A DNA stretch of 64,000 bases, from the NCBI GenBank assembly GCA_964016885.1, contig CAXHJY010001189.1, positions 62,001 to 126,000 on the forward strand. Direction: 5' to 3'. The first letter of the stretch is position 1. Each line of letters opens with the position of its first letter. This document shows, in pieces, positions 1 to 12,085 of the stretch. Position numbers and translations under genes: made by a program. The notes beneath the pieces are model-generated. The model was not told the origin of the DNA, made no database searches, and saw nothing but the letters and a program-made list of their open reading frames with translations. Source of the stretch: Eledone cirrhosa. Its lineage: Eukaryota.

Positions 1-144
1 TCCACGGTAACGATCCAAATACCTTTCTGAACTTCGTGAATGATGATGTGACTTTCTAGCTTTTCTTACGATACTGCCAAGGTCGACATTGTCATCCGAT
101 GGAAATAATTTACATAGAGCTTCTCCAACAGTTGGTTCAATCTC
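1..144 (-). CDS. YTHDC1: YTHDC1 coding exon 11 (EIEPTVGEALCKLFPSD...); gene continues beyond the window
   Basis: End of the YTH domain (EIExxxGxxLCxLF); acceptor ttttacag. The 3' boundary is uncertain: either a donor at 22-21 (AG|gtattt) or reading through to the edge. Confidence 0.9.
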
Positions 145-857
145 CTGTAAAATTGAAATTAAAGAATCAGAGATTATGTAGAATTTCAAGACATATATAT
201 ATAAACATGTCATAACATTTCAATTTAGGAAAAACATCTTGTTAAATTAAGGTTTATTAGTTAATTCTTAACAACTTGTAATGATTTAGCAGAAAATATC
301 TAAAAACAAATTTGTTAATTCAAACGTTACTAGTGGACAGATCACTGTAAAAATGTACAGTTGGTACTTCTAAAGCATGTCTTGCCAATATTGTTTCACG
401 CAGTACAGGACATTGATGGTTAAATAGTATCATTAAGACATTTACATGAATCGACAGTCTGTATTAATATTTTATTTCTTCTATACATACATCCCATCAT
501 AATCACAATCAGTCAGATATACACATGAAGCTCCCTTGACATCACTGAAGACAGTTAACAGATCTCATTAACAATTAGCACAGCAAGCAGGAGAAGGGTG
601 GAGGTGGGAGCTCTTCAAGCAGTCAACAATTTGGAAATGAAATACATGAAAACTAATGAACAAAGACTTGAAGGAGCTGTAATATAGAAGCTTTCAAAAT
701 ACTGAAAATTGTAAGGATTTAATCATATGAAATATGAAAATATTGTATATAACCAGAAATGGCAGTTGTGTGTTTATTGTAAATATATTTCCTACTTAAT
801 GCAAAATTATAAATTTTTAACTTAAAATATTAATAGTGAGAAAAAAGAATTGCATAC

Positions 858-942
858 TTGTCCATCTCTGCCAATTTTAACATATTTATTTTCATTCCAA
901 GGGTTATGCAGATGCGTAGTTTTTGTAAACTGAAGATCACGT
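858..942 (-). CDS. YTHDC1: YTHDC1 coding exon 10 ([28 protein letters not shown])
   Basis: YTH motif [19 protein letters not shown]; AG/GT boundaries, phase 2-0. Confidence 0.97.
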
Positions 943-1620
943 CTAAATAAATAAAAAAAATAGTTTACAGAAAATTTTAAATAAATACTAAAAATTAAAA
1001 TAAAAAAATATTAAAAAATGTTTAAATAGTTGATGTTAATGAGTTGCATGTGAAGAATAACAGTGGAAGCCAGGAAAGATATAAAATCTAACAAAATTAT
1101 GTGGTAACATCGATTCATCATCATTTTTACGTTAACCTTTCTATGCTAGCATGTGTTGGACGGGACCTTCTGAGGCAATGTTTTACAGCTGTATGCTCTT
1201 CCTTTGGTTGCTTATTATGACATGCAGGGATACTGTGTAGCTATTCTAAACTGAGATGAATATATAACAATGTTTTTAAAGCTAGTGGAACCAACATGTT
1301 CTCATATTGATCTATCTTTAACCATTTCATTGCAGTATTTCTAACAAAATACACTGGCTATATGTATTGATTAATTTTCATTACTAAGCTGATATTTTTT
1401 TAAATTATGATAGCAGGATTTAATATCAGTAAAAACATTTTGAAACGAGCAGTTTTGTATCATAAATCCAGGGTAGTTTCATGGTTTGATATGAAAAGGT
1501 TTCTTTTGTAACCCTTACCAAGCTGATAGACACAAATTGAAGACTGTTCACTAAATTTTGTACAATTTTCTTTCCACACACAGAAATGTATTGTTCAATC
1601 TATGTTTACTTTAAACTCAC

Positions 1621-1738
1621 CGGTTAATCCAATCCAATTTAAAAACTCCACTGAGTGCCCGTGCACTTAGTCCTGGTGGCAAAACCCAACGTATTGGTGG
1701 ATGATCCCTTGTCGATTCAGCTGATAATCGTGCAAAAC
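1621..1738 (-). CDS. YTHDC1: YTHDC1 coding exon 9 ([40 protein letters not shown])
   Basis: YTHDC1-type PIxWVLP motif with the second cage Trp; AG acceptor and GTGAGT donor. Confidence 0.97.
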
Positions 1739-1864
1739 CTTGCCAATAATAGAGTGTTGAGAAATGTTAAAAAACAACAACAAAAAAAAACAGGTGATAG
1801 AGATGTTTAATGAAAATTAAAACATACAACAAACATTACATACTTAACCATTCGTGAAACCCTT

Positions 1865-1887
1865 GAGAGAGAGAGAGAGAGAGAGAA

Positions 1888-1962
<75 letters not shown>
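1865..1962. repeat. (GA)n microsatellite
   Basis: Seen directly. Confidence 0.97.
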
Positions 1963-1964
<2 letters not shown>

Positions 1965-1965
<1 letters not shown>

Positions 1966-2430
1966 ACAGTATTGGACTAGCATTTTATCAACCGTGAAAA
2001 GATGAAAAGTAAAGTTGACCTTGGTGGGATTTGAACTCAGAACACAGTGAGCTGGAACAAATAGCAAGGCATTTTTAACCCAATGCTCTAACGACTGCCA
2101 ATTCACCACCAACGGCCCTTTATGGTCTGAGTTCAAATCTCGTCGAGGTTAACTTTGCCTTTCATCCTTACGGGGTCGATAAAATAAAGTACCAGTAATA
2201 CACTGGGATAATTGCTGGCCTTGTGCCTAAAGTAGAAACAATTATTTATTTGGCAGCATCGGTAGAGGATCGGACGCCATGCTTTGAAGCAGTTACAACC
2301 CTTTCCGGACTGAGTTCAAATCCTGTCGAGGTTAACTTTGCCTTTCATCCTTACGGGGTCGATAAAATAAAGGACCAGTAATGTACTGGTTATTTTCTGG
2401 CCTTGTGCCAAAGAGTAGAAACAATTATTT
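1965..2430. mobile_element. Cluster of three tRNA-derived SINE copies (one minus, two plus)
   Basis: A-box TGGCAGxATCGG, B-box GAGTTCAAATC, core TTTGCCTTTCATCCTTACGGGGTCGATAAAATAAAGTACCAG, tail GCCTTGTGCC...AGAAACAATTATT. Confidence 0.85.
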
Positions 2431-2723
2431 ATCCTTACTATGTTAAATCTCCCGTAGTAACAAATTTATTAATTTGTTTTTAATCTTTAAACATAAATAA
2501 AATTTACTGCAAAAGTTGAAACATTAAGATTATTAAACCATGACTATTAAACTTTGTATTGGGATTCCCAATAGTGAAAAGGGTGATGTTTATTTCTTAA
2601 AATAAATAGAAAAATGGTAAATTATTCTCCAAAAATTTGCAATAATATATTAATTTTACTGAAAAACAGCCAAAACCTACTGAAAATATATTGGCATACA
2701 TTATAGATTAATAATTCACATAC

Positions 2724-2778
2724 CTTGAAATTTCCCACTTTCTTTGACAGAAAACACCAAAATTACATTATCAGCTTC
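2724..2778 (-). CDS. YTHDC1: YTHDC1 coding exon 8 (EADNVILVFSVKESGKFQG)
   Basis: YTH motif VILxFSVxESGKFQG; AG/GT boundaries, phase 0-1. Confidence 0.95.
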
Positions 2779-2929
2779 CTATAAATAAATAAACTGAAGA
2801 TAGTAAATAATATTCAAGTAAAAATTTAATTCATAATCATCTGCTTTCTCAGATGGGCAAGGAACTCATCTTGCTTACATGTGGACCAACATTCTACAGA
2901 GTGCATCGTGTATTTATTTTATCATGGCA

Positions 2930-4205
2930 TTGATAAATTCGAGGGTTTCTCTTAGTAGTTTTTCATGACGTTATTATTGTTAATTTTACTGATGTAGTAT
3001 TAACTTGGATATTTACCATGCGGTATTCTAATCCTATTGTATCTCTCTCAGTTATTTACCATGCGACCCTCAGTTCCTACCCCCCCCCTCTCTATGCACT
3101 TCTTTAAGGCTTACTACCCTGTCTTTAACCTAATTCATTCAATCTGAAAATATTGAAGAGATAAGACACTTTCCCATTCTTCTCTGCTAAAATGTATCAC
3201 TAGAGTTGATTCCAATTTTTCCAGCCATCCATCTAATCTACGAAGGTATTTTAGCCTACATATTGTCGTTAATATTATGATGTTCCCTGCTGTATTAGCG
3301 TTAAATTTTCCCTGCTGTATTAGCGATAAATTTTCGAGGGTTTCTCTTAGTAGTTTTTCATGACGTTATTATTGTTAATTTTACTGATGTAGTATTAACT
3401 TGGATATTTACCATGCGGTATTCTAATCCTATTGTATCTCTCTCAGTTATTTACCATGCGACCCTCAGTTCCTACCCCCCCCCCCTCTCTATGCACTTCT
3501 TTAAGGCTTACTACCCTGTCTTTAACCTAATTCATTCAATCTGAAAATATTGAAGAGATAAGACACTTTCCCATTCTTCTCTGCTAAAATGTATCACTAG
3601 AGTTGATTCCAATTTTTCCAGCCATCCATCTAATCTACGAAGGTATTTTAGCCTACATATTGTCGTTAATATTATGATGTTCCCTGCTGTATTAGCGATA
3701 AATTTTCGAGGGTTTCTCTTAGTAGTTTTTCATGACGTTATTATTGTTAATTTTACTGATGTAGTATTAACTTGGATATTTACCATGCGGTATTCTAATC
3801 CTATTGTATCTCTCTCAGTTATTTACCATGCGACCCTCAGTTCCTACCCCCCCCCCCCCCCTCTCTATGCACTTCTTTAAGGCTTACTACCCTGTCTTTA
3901 ACCTAATTCATTCAATCTGAAAATATTGAAGAGATAAGACACTTTCCCATTCTTCTCTGCTAAAATGTATCACTAGAGTTGATTCCAATTTTTCCAGCCA
4001 TCCATCTAATCTACGAAGGTATTTTAGCCTACATATTGTCGTTAATATTATGATGTTCCCTGCTGTATTAGCGTTAAATTTTCCCTGCTGTATTAGCGAT
4101 AAATTTTCGAGGGTTTCTCTTAGTAGTTTTTCATGACGTTATTATTGTTAATTTTACTGATGTAGTATTAACTTGGATATTTACCATGCGACCCTCAGTT
4201 CCTAC
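2930..4205 (+). repeat. Tandem array of ~370-400-bp monomers (3 full + 1 partial) at the RTE 5' end
   Basis: GAGGGTTTCTCTTAGTAG recurs at 2941, 3336, 3708 and 4109; units are near-identical apart from poly-C length and a 25-bp subrepeat. Confidence 0.95.
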
Positions 4206-4446
4206 CTCACAATTTCCCTCCCCCCCACCCCCACACACCACCATAGTCTATTCGACCAATCAAACCTAGCATGCCATTTCCACTGCTGCTGCTACTACCT
4301 GCCTAACTAACTCTCTCCTCCTCTGGCGCATCCCAACACACCCTGCCATTACCCCACCACCACTGTTCTTCTAGACTTCAATTTTCCCACCGTTATGGAT
4401 GGATGAGCTGGGAATACACGAGCAACTCTGAATCAATAGATGAAAT

Positions 4447-7400
4447 ATGAATCTGCGAGCTACCAAGCACCCACGTGAAGCGCCAACCCAGAGACCCTCC
4501 CCTACGAGTGTCGACAAATGCCCAAAACTCCGAGTTGGTACCATCAATGTAGGCTCAATGAAAGGAAGAGCAGGAGAAATCGTAGAAATGCTAGAGCGAA
4601 AGGAAGTTGATGTATGCTGTGTGCAAGAGACTAGATGGAGAGGAGGGTCTGCTAGAGTCCTTGTAAGAAAAAGCCAGTGCTACAAATTTTTCTGGGTGGG
4701 AAATGACGATGGGATGGGTGGTGTAGGTATACTATTAGCTGACAAGTGGGTAGATAAAGTAATCTCAGTGTACAGGGTAAATGCAAGAATCATTAAACTC
4801 AGACTAGTCCTGAATAAGACAATTACCACAATAATATCAGCTTACGCACCCCAATCGGGGCTGCCAGACGAACTTAAGGATAGGTTTTACGAGTCCCTAA
4901 TACACACTACTGCTCTAACAGACGACAAGGACTTCCTAATCATTGCAGATTTTAACGGACACGTAGGTAAACACTGCGACGGCTTCAATAGAGTACATGG
5001 AGGCCATGAAGTTGGCACAAGGAATGAGGAAGGATTCAGACTTCTAGAATTCTGCGACGCCAATGACATGTCGATATGTAACACAAACTTTAAAAAACCC
5101 GACAACCACCTGATCACCTATAGATCAGGGGAGCACTCTAGTCAGTTAGATTTTATCCTCATCAGAGGACGTGACAGATGGACGGTCGTAAACACAAAAG
5201 CCTTCCCTAGTGAGGAATGTACATCCCAACATAGCTTAGTTGTCAGCGACCTCACGGTCAGAACTAGACGAGCCCTGAAACAGAGGCCAACCTGGAGAAG
5301 AAAGATCTGGAAGCTGAAAGTCCCCTCAACCAGTAACAGATTTAAAGATATTTTACTCAACGCCTACGACAGTAAAGAAGAACAGATAGAGACATTTAAC
5401 GTAGAAGAGAACTGGGAGTTCCTAAAAAATAACTTACTAGAGGCGACGGATGAGGTTTGTGGCTGGAGTAAGACCTCAAGCAGGAGGAGAGTGACTTGGT
5501 GGTGGAACAATAAGGTAGATGAAGCAGTCAAGGCCAAGAGACAGGCATGGAAAGAATGGAAGAACGGGGGGAGCAGGGTACATTACATAGAGACCAAGAG
5601 GGAAGCTAGGCGACAAGTATACTTAGCTAGGAGGGAAGCAGAGGATAGAAAATTCAAGCATGTTTTACAACGTGAGGACCAGAAACAGGAGGTATTCAAG
5701 ATTGCGAGGCAGTGTGTCAGAGATAGTTGTGATGTCATTGGAGAGAAGTGTATCCGGAATGATAAAGGTGAGCTTGCCCTCACAAGTGCTGAGAAGAAAG
5801 ATGCATGGAAGAGTCATTATGATAGATTACTAAATGAGGAGAATGCATGGGAAGAAGAGACACTACTCCACGTAGACCCTATAGAGGGACCAGCAGTACA
5901 AGTCAGCGGCAGCGTAGTAAGTAAGGCAATCAGAGATATGAAGATAGGGAAGGCAACCGGTCCATCGGGTATAGCTGCCGAGATGCTGAAGGCATCTGGG
6001 TCTGTAGGTCACACTATAACCACACATATCGTTAACCAGGTAATACTAGAGGGGGCCATACCAAAAGATTGGTGCAGTAGCATCATTGTCAACTGCTACA
6101 AAGGTAAAGGCGATGCACTAGATAGAGGAAACTATAGAGGTATAAAGTTGATGGACCAGGTCATGAAAGTAACAGAAAGAGTTATAGCACAGCTGATTAG
6201 GGACCGGGTGAATATAGAAGAGATGCAATTTGGGTTTGTACCAGGGAAAGGCACCACTGATGCCCTCTTCCTTGTGAGGCAATTACAGAAAAAGTACCTA
6301 GCTAAAAGTAAGCCACTCTACTTGGCATTTGTCGACCTTGAGAAAGCCTTTGACAGAGTTCCACGTGCAGTAATCTGGTGGGCTCTTAGAAAACTAGGAG
6401 TAGATGAATGGCTTGTGAAAGCGGTACAAGCCATGTATAGGGGAGCAGTCAGCAAAGTTAGGATTGGCAATGAGTATAGCGAGGAATTTAGCGTACAATT
6501 TAGGTCCACCAGGGCTCTGTTCTTAGCCCTCTCCTGTTCATCATAGTCCTGCAGGCAATAACGGAGGAGTTTAAGACCGGATGCCCATGGGAACTCCTGT
6601 ATGCTGATGACCTCGCACTCATAGCTGAATCTATGGTAGAACTAGAGAATAAATTCCAAACCTGGAAGCAGGGACTAGAGAGAAAGGGCCTCAAAGTCAA
6701 CATGACAAAGACTAAGGTCCTTATAAGTAGACGAGAAAACAGAACCCAGATCCCCTCAGGGAAATGGCCTTGCTCAGTATGTAGGAAAGGTGTAGGTAGG
6801 AACTCCATTCTCTGCCCCAAATGCAAACAATGGGTACACAAGAGATGTAGCGGGATCTCAGGAAGCTTAATTAAGAATGTAGGATTCACATGCAGCAGCT
6901 GTGCTGAAACAGCAAGCAAACAGCCACAGGAAACAAGTACCACCAATCTCTGGGAGGGCCCTGTAGAAACAGTAGACAGCTTCTGCTACCTAGGTGACCG
7001 AATTAGCAACGGAGGTGGGTGCTCAGAAAGTACAATAACTAGGGTAAGAACGGGATGGAAGAAGTTTAGGGAACTACTACCACTGCTAGCTGCAAAAGGC
7101 TTCTCCCTCAGAATGAAAGGCAGACTGTATGATGCGTGTATCCGAACAGCGATGTTGCATGGTAGTGAGACCTGGGCGCTGAAGGTGGAAGACTTACGTA
7201 GATTAGAGAGAAACGAAGCCTGCATGCTCCGATGGATGTGTAACAGTAATATACGTGAACGACAAAGCATAAAGGAATTGAGAGAGAGACTGAGCATAAG
7301 AGGAATCAAATGCTGCGTGCAGGAGAGGCGGTTACGCTGGTATGGACATGTGATGCGTATGAAGGATGACAGCTGCATAAAAAGGTGCAGAGCACTAGAA

Positions 7401-7562
7401 GTTGATGGAAACCGCGGAGTGGGGAGACCCAAGATGACTTGGGATGAGGTAATAAAAGCCGACCTTACCCAACTACACCTCTCAAAGTCAATGACACACG
7501 ACCGTGACTTCTGGCGTCACGCAGTAATACAGGGTACCCGACCTCCCATGGGTACATGCTGA
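4447..7562 (+). pseudogene. RTE ORF (APE endonuclease, RT, PHD-like finger) broken by one frameshift near 6500
   Basis: GTINVG, VQETRW, SAYAPQ, DFNGHVG, QFGF, DLEKAFD in the first frame; VHQGSVLSPLLF and LLYADD resume in the shifted frame; about 1038 aa if repaired. Confidence 0.93.
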
Positions 7563-9008
7563 AGCATATAAACAATATGCCCCCCCCCCCCCCCCCCCGC
7601 AAGGTGGTCGTGGAGGTGCCACGGCAAAAAAGCACCCAGCCCACACTGTAAAGTGGACGTGTAGGCACCACGAAAAAGCACCCAGCACTCACTGTAAATG
7701 AGGTTGGTGTTAGGAAGGGCATCCAGCTGTAGAAATCAAGCCAGATCAGTTCCTGTATGAGCAAGGCATGGTCAGCCGATCAGACACTGCCCACAACAGG
7801 ACAACCCGTCTAACCCATGCTAGCGTGGAAGAACGGACGTAAAACGGTGATGATGATGATGATGATGGCACCAGCACTAGAGAGGTCTCATGTCTTTGAC
7901 ACAACTGAAGAGTCTTCACCCTTTGTTATGACTGGATGCCCTTCCTATCACCAACCACTGTACAGAGTGCATCTTATGTCACCAACACTCCACTATACTA
8001 TACTATATAACTGAGGGTTTACTTACTGCTACTTTGTGTTATTGTTAGAATCTCACTTGTTAATTCTCTATTACTTTTATAACCAATATAACATTATTTT
8101 GGTTATCTGCAAATTTATTTCAATGAAATAGTATTGCAGGTTTTTAATTCTGCTCTGCACAGTAGCACAAGGTATGTTGTTCTATTAAGTAATTGCATAT
8201 ATAAATGGGTTTTCTTTGAGTGGTAGAGTATTGTAATTCAAATTAAGAATCTGGATTTTTTCCTAAGCCTATTCAAGAATTAAATAAATTAAAAATAAAA
8301 TACTTTACAATATAAAATGTTCTAAATAAACCACAGGCAAAAAGTCTATTTGCATCAAGAGATATGACAGAGATATGCATATTCCCAGCAGTATTAAAGA
8401 CCTCCGTCCTTAATAAAGAAGTTCTTCATTTAAACATGATCTGTTAGGAATAGTGACGGTGTGTGACCTCGTGGTTAAGAGTGATCATAAGGCTAGTTTC
8501 AATTAATGGACCAAAAAGCTCATTTTATTCTTGAGCATGATGCTTCAGTTTCTTTTTGTTTTTCATGAGAGGTCTAGGGCTCCTACCATTAAAACACCCA
8601 AGAAACTTCCTATGAGATACAGCTTTGTAGGAGGCCAATAGCTGTAATTTGATATGATTAGGGCTTCTATCATTAAAACACCCGAGAAACTTCCTGTGAG
8701 TTACAACCTTGCAGGAGGTTAGCTAAATTGCATAGGTGTGAGCCGTAATTTTCATTTCATTTGTTAAGAATATATTTGGTGATAGTATAAAACCACACTT
8801 TAGTTACGCTAAAGCGTACTGTTTAGGCTAGAAGAGTTAGATATCTATATTCCTAAGTTATGTATATAATAACTGAACTAGAGTAATCCATTGATCAGTA
8901 AATTTGAAAATTTCTTTTTAAGAACTAAATATCTCATGAAACGAGGTTTCGCATTTCAATAAAAAAAAAAAATAGAAGTGGAGAAAAAGAAATTAATGAA
9001 TTCCATAC

Positions 9009-9157
9009 CCTGAAGGCTTGGTTCAATCTGGCTTCATTTTGTGGGGGAGTTGACCAAACACCTTTGGCTTTAGCTAAAGCCACATTTTCGTGATTATTGC
9101 TCTTAATTAAGAAGAAGCGAGCCCTCTTGAATAAATATTTCAAACGGGATGCACTAC
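9009..9157 (-). CDS. YTHDC1: YTHDC1 coding exon 7, YTH domain start ([38 protein letters not shown])
   Basis: Diagnostic YTH motif [11 protein letters not shown]...KGVWST with the first cage Trp; tacag acceptor and gtatgg donor. Confidence 0.97.
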
Positions 9158-9777
9158 CTGTAATATATAAAATACAATTTTAGCTTTAATTTTGCATCAG
9201 ATCAATGTTAATTTGTATATGTTAGATGTGTTCTATGCTGCTAGAGTATTACATGACATGGTCAGCACATGATGCATACACACATTCTAGTTTTTATCTA
9301 AGAAAAATAATCTGTTAAATTTAAGGGTAAATTTATATACATCAGCTCTCTTTCAACCACTGTTAAAATGTGGTCTCTCTTTCTACCACTAGTAGCTTCT
9401 TATCTGTCACCCCACTTAACCCTCCCTGCACCTATCTCCTATCACCCTTGCTAAATATATTTAAAATCTTTCCACAAGAAATATATCTCTGGAAAACCTT
9501 ACCATTGCTATCACTAACATTTAACCTGCAACAGTTCAAACTAAGCAATAACCACTCCAGTTTACCCAGGTATTCTTCATCATTATGGGTTAAACAAGTT
9601 AAATCAGGTGAACGCGTCTTGCTCATACAAAACTGTTTCCAGCTTGGTTTCTACAGCTGGATGCCCTTCCTAATGCCAACCAGTGTGGACTGGGTACTTT
9701 TTATTGTACCACCAACATGACCACCTTACAGGGTGGACTGTGTGCTTTTTCATTGTGTCACCAACACCACCACTTAA

Positions 9778-9984
9778 CGCTTTAGCATTTACAGTACTCT
9801 ATATATACTATTGTATTTTCATGGTAAAGGCTTTACCTCATATAACATCGAATCGACGAGATTTTGATATTTATTTTGAGAACAATACCATAACACAAGT
9901 CTGAGCAGCTGGTTACAGCTGATTTGAACTGAAAGAGGTGAGAGAATTCTGGCTGGATACAGCTGGTTTAAAAGGCTAACAGGG
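9778..9984. mobile_element. Single-unit copy of the same piggyBac MITE, opposite orientation
   Basis: TTAA-CGCTTTAGCATTT end; body matches the reverse complement of 48552-48749. Confidence 0.8.
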
Positions 9985-10413
9985 TGGGCCAGGTGCTTAT
10001 TTGTCATGTCACCAACCCAACCACTTTACAAAATAGAATGGATGCTTTTTGTTGCGTCACCAACACACCTAGCATGCAGGAGTATATTGTTAAAAAGTTG
10101 ACTTCAGAACTAAATGAGCAGTAGATCAGTTTGTGTAACGTCACATGTGTTGTACTGCTGTGGATAACTGATAAATCAAATGACATGTATTTATCTCAAC
10201 AAAATAAGAACCTCAATGGCTGTACACACATTCTTAAGACCAATACAAAGAAACATCAAAAAAAGAGAATGAAGCAGTTATATAGATTATAAAGAATATC
10301 TGAAGCATCCAGACAAGATTTGAACACCTAATAAGCACCTTCAATACCTAGCTACGGTATCTAGTTTCTTCTAATAATTAGAAATTCACAAAATTATTAA
10401 AACCAACACATAC

Positions 10414-10557
10414 GTCGTCTCTCAGATTCACTGTCATCACCATCGTCGTCATCATCAGCAGAATCTTCACTTTTTCTGTCCCATTCAATTGGGGAGATAC
10501 CTCTTTTGTGATTTTTCTCTCGTCGAGGTTCATCTTTCTTTTCTTTATCAGAGGGAT
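10414..10557 (-). CDS. YTHDC1: YTHDC1 coding exon 6 (KRGISPIEWDR)
   Basis: AG acceptor and GTATGT donor, 144 nt; RGISPI motif precedes the YTH domain in YTHDC1. Confidence 0.9.
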
Positions 10558-11021
10558 CTAAAATAATATAATTTGTTCAATTAAATCAGTTGCTTTAATA
10601 ATTGTTTGCATCATTCTTTTTTGTGATAATGCTATTTTTACATCTTGTTATCTGTACTAACATCAATTAGAATGGTTTTTGCAAAGAGAGACATAACTTA
10701 CAGTGAACCACCAACATTTTACTATGGACTACACAGTGCATCACTGCACTCGGCCACTGATGCACATACAGCAAGAAGCAAGATGAAAAAAATGTATATT
10801 AAAACAATCTTGCTTCGTCCTTAAAAAATAAACATCTTGTACTGAAGAAAACATCATTGTTTTTAAGTTAACTTTTCCAAGCTGGCATGAATTGAAAGGG
10901 ACATTTTACAGTCAGATGCCCTTTTTCATCGCTTCTTATGACATGCAGGGATACAGTTTACCTATAGTAACCTGGATACACATGACTTAATGTGTAATAA
11001 AAGAAAAGCCAACAAACTTAC

Positions 11022-11222
11022 AAGATTCTGAATTGGAGTCTGTCAAGGAAGTTTCTGAACTTGAAGTACCAATTTCACTGCGTGTATCATAATCCTGAAT
11101 ATCCATGGCATCATTACTAGCTGCAGGCAAGTCTTCAGAGTCTTCAGCACTGATACTAACATTATGTTTGTCATCAGAATCATCTTCATAATGGTCATCA
11201 ATTTTATTCATAAGAAGTTCAT
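11022..11222 (-). CDS. YTHDC1: YTHDC1 coding exon 5 (acidic, YDTRSE motif)
   Basis: AG acceptor and GTAAGT donor, 201 nt; DYDTRSE motif shared with vertebrate YTHDC1. Confidence 0.88.
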
Positions 11223-11310
11223 CTTGAAATAGAAATAAATAATCAGATCACATTGTGAAACCTATGGGAATTAATTAAAAATCAAATTGTCTGGAAATTA
11301 GGATAGCTAC

Positions 11311-11478
11311 CTTCAGCATCTTTATCCAAATCAAGAGTGTAGTCATCCTCCAAGTCATCAAGACCATCATTGTCCCGTAGTTGTAACATTTCTTTATGAG
11401 CCTTTTCGGGCTTCTTTAAGACTTTCTTTACCTCTTTTCTGGGAACCATTTTCTTAATTCCTTTACTTGGTTTGAGAT
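11311..11478 (-). CDS. YTHDC1: YTHDC1 coding exon 4
   Basis: ttcttcag|ATCTCAAA...GCTGAAG|gtagct, 168 nt, phase 1-1, inside ORF 11282..11572. Confidence 0.8.
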
Positions 11479-11905
11479 CTGAAGAAATTTGAAAGATTAT
11501 GGTGAAAATATCATATAGTTGATGCACTGACAAACATTGTATGGGTTGGTGTATAAATAAATACACACACATTTGGTTCAGACTGGTCTGTATTTAGACA
11601 TTCTGAATACCCCAAACACTAGAATCTCTTTTACAGCATAGCATGAACATTCCATTTCATACCAGCTTTGCAGCATCGATACATGTACCCTACCCCAAAT
11701 AAGATCACAACAAGATTATAAATTCTGGACTATGTGGCAATGAAGAGAAGTATATTTTCAGCAACACAGAAAATATATCTATACTCAAATTATAGGTGAA
11801 TTCATTTTCAAGAGTCAAGAGTTTAAACTTCAAAGTAATTTATAATTAGCTTTTCTCAAACAAGCACTGATACTGACAACATTTAATATTCACAACGAAA
11901 CTAAC

Positions 11906-12085
11906 CTTTTTCCTCAACAGACTTGGTTTGTACTCTTGATCTTGGCTCCTTAACTTTTAGATCTTGTTTTACAGACAGACCAACACTAACCCCAGCTTTT
12001 GTTGATTTTCCTTTTGACAGAGAAGGTTTGACTTTAGCAATTTTATTTGAAGAAATACTTTTTTGTTTGGCAAGCATTGCATGTT
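11906..12085 (-). CDS. YTHDC1: YTHDC1 coding exon 3 (Lys/Ser-rich low complexity)
   Basis: tttcag|AACATG...GAAAAAG|gttag, 180 nt, open in phase 1-1. Confidence 0.8.

Larger units (their letters stand above)
2930..7864 (+). mobile_element. Near-full-length RTE-clade LINE, antisense in the YTHDC1 intron between coding exons 7 and 8
   Basis: APE endonuclease + RT ORF, (GAT)n tail, TSD ATGGCA at 2924-2929 and 7865-7870; the flanks rejoin into the older repeat seen intact at ~27620-27710. Confidence 0.92.

Noticed and set aside
3674-3880. 68-aa hydrophobic ORF in the RTE 5' monomer as an ORF1-like peptide
   Set aside because: It depends on the variable 25-bp subrepeat and poly-C length, so it is not preserved across units.
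6490-6510. Programmed ribosomal frameshift in the RTE ORF
   Set aside because: No canonical slippery heptamer, and RTE elements encode the RT as a single ORF; a mutation or consensus error is simpler.
4887-7764. Minus-strand ORFs over the RTE and plus-strand ORFs over the piggyBac
   Set aside because: Antisense shadows of real coding sequence with no recognisable motifs.
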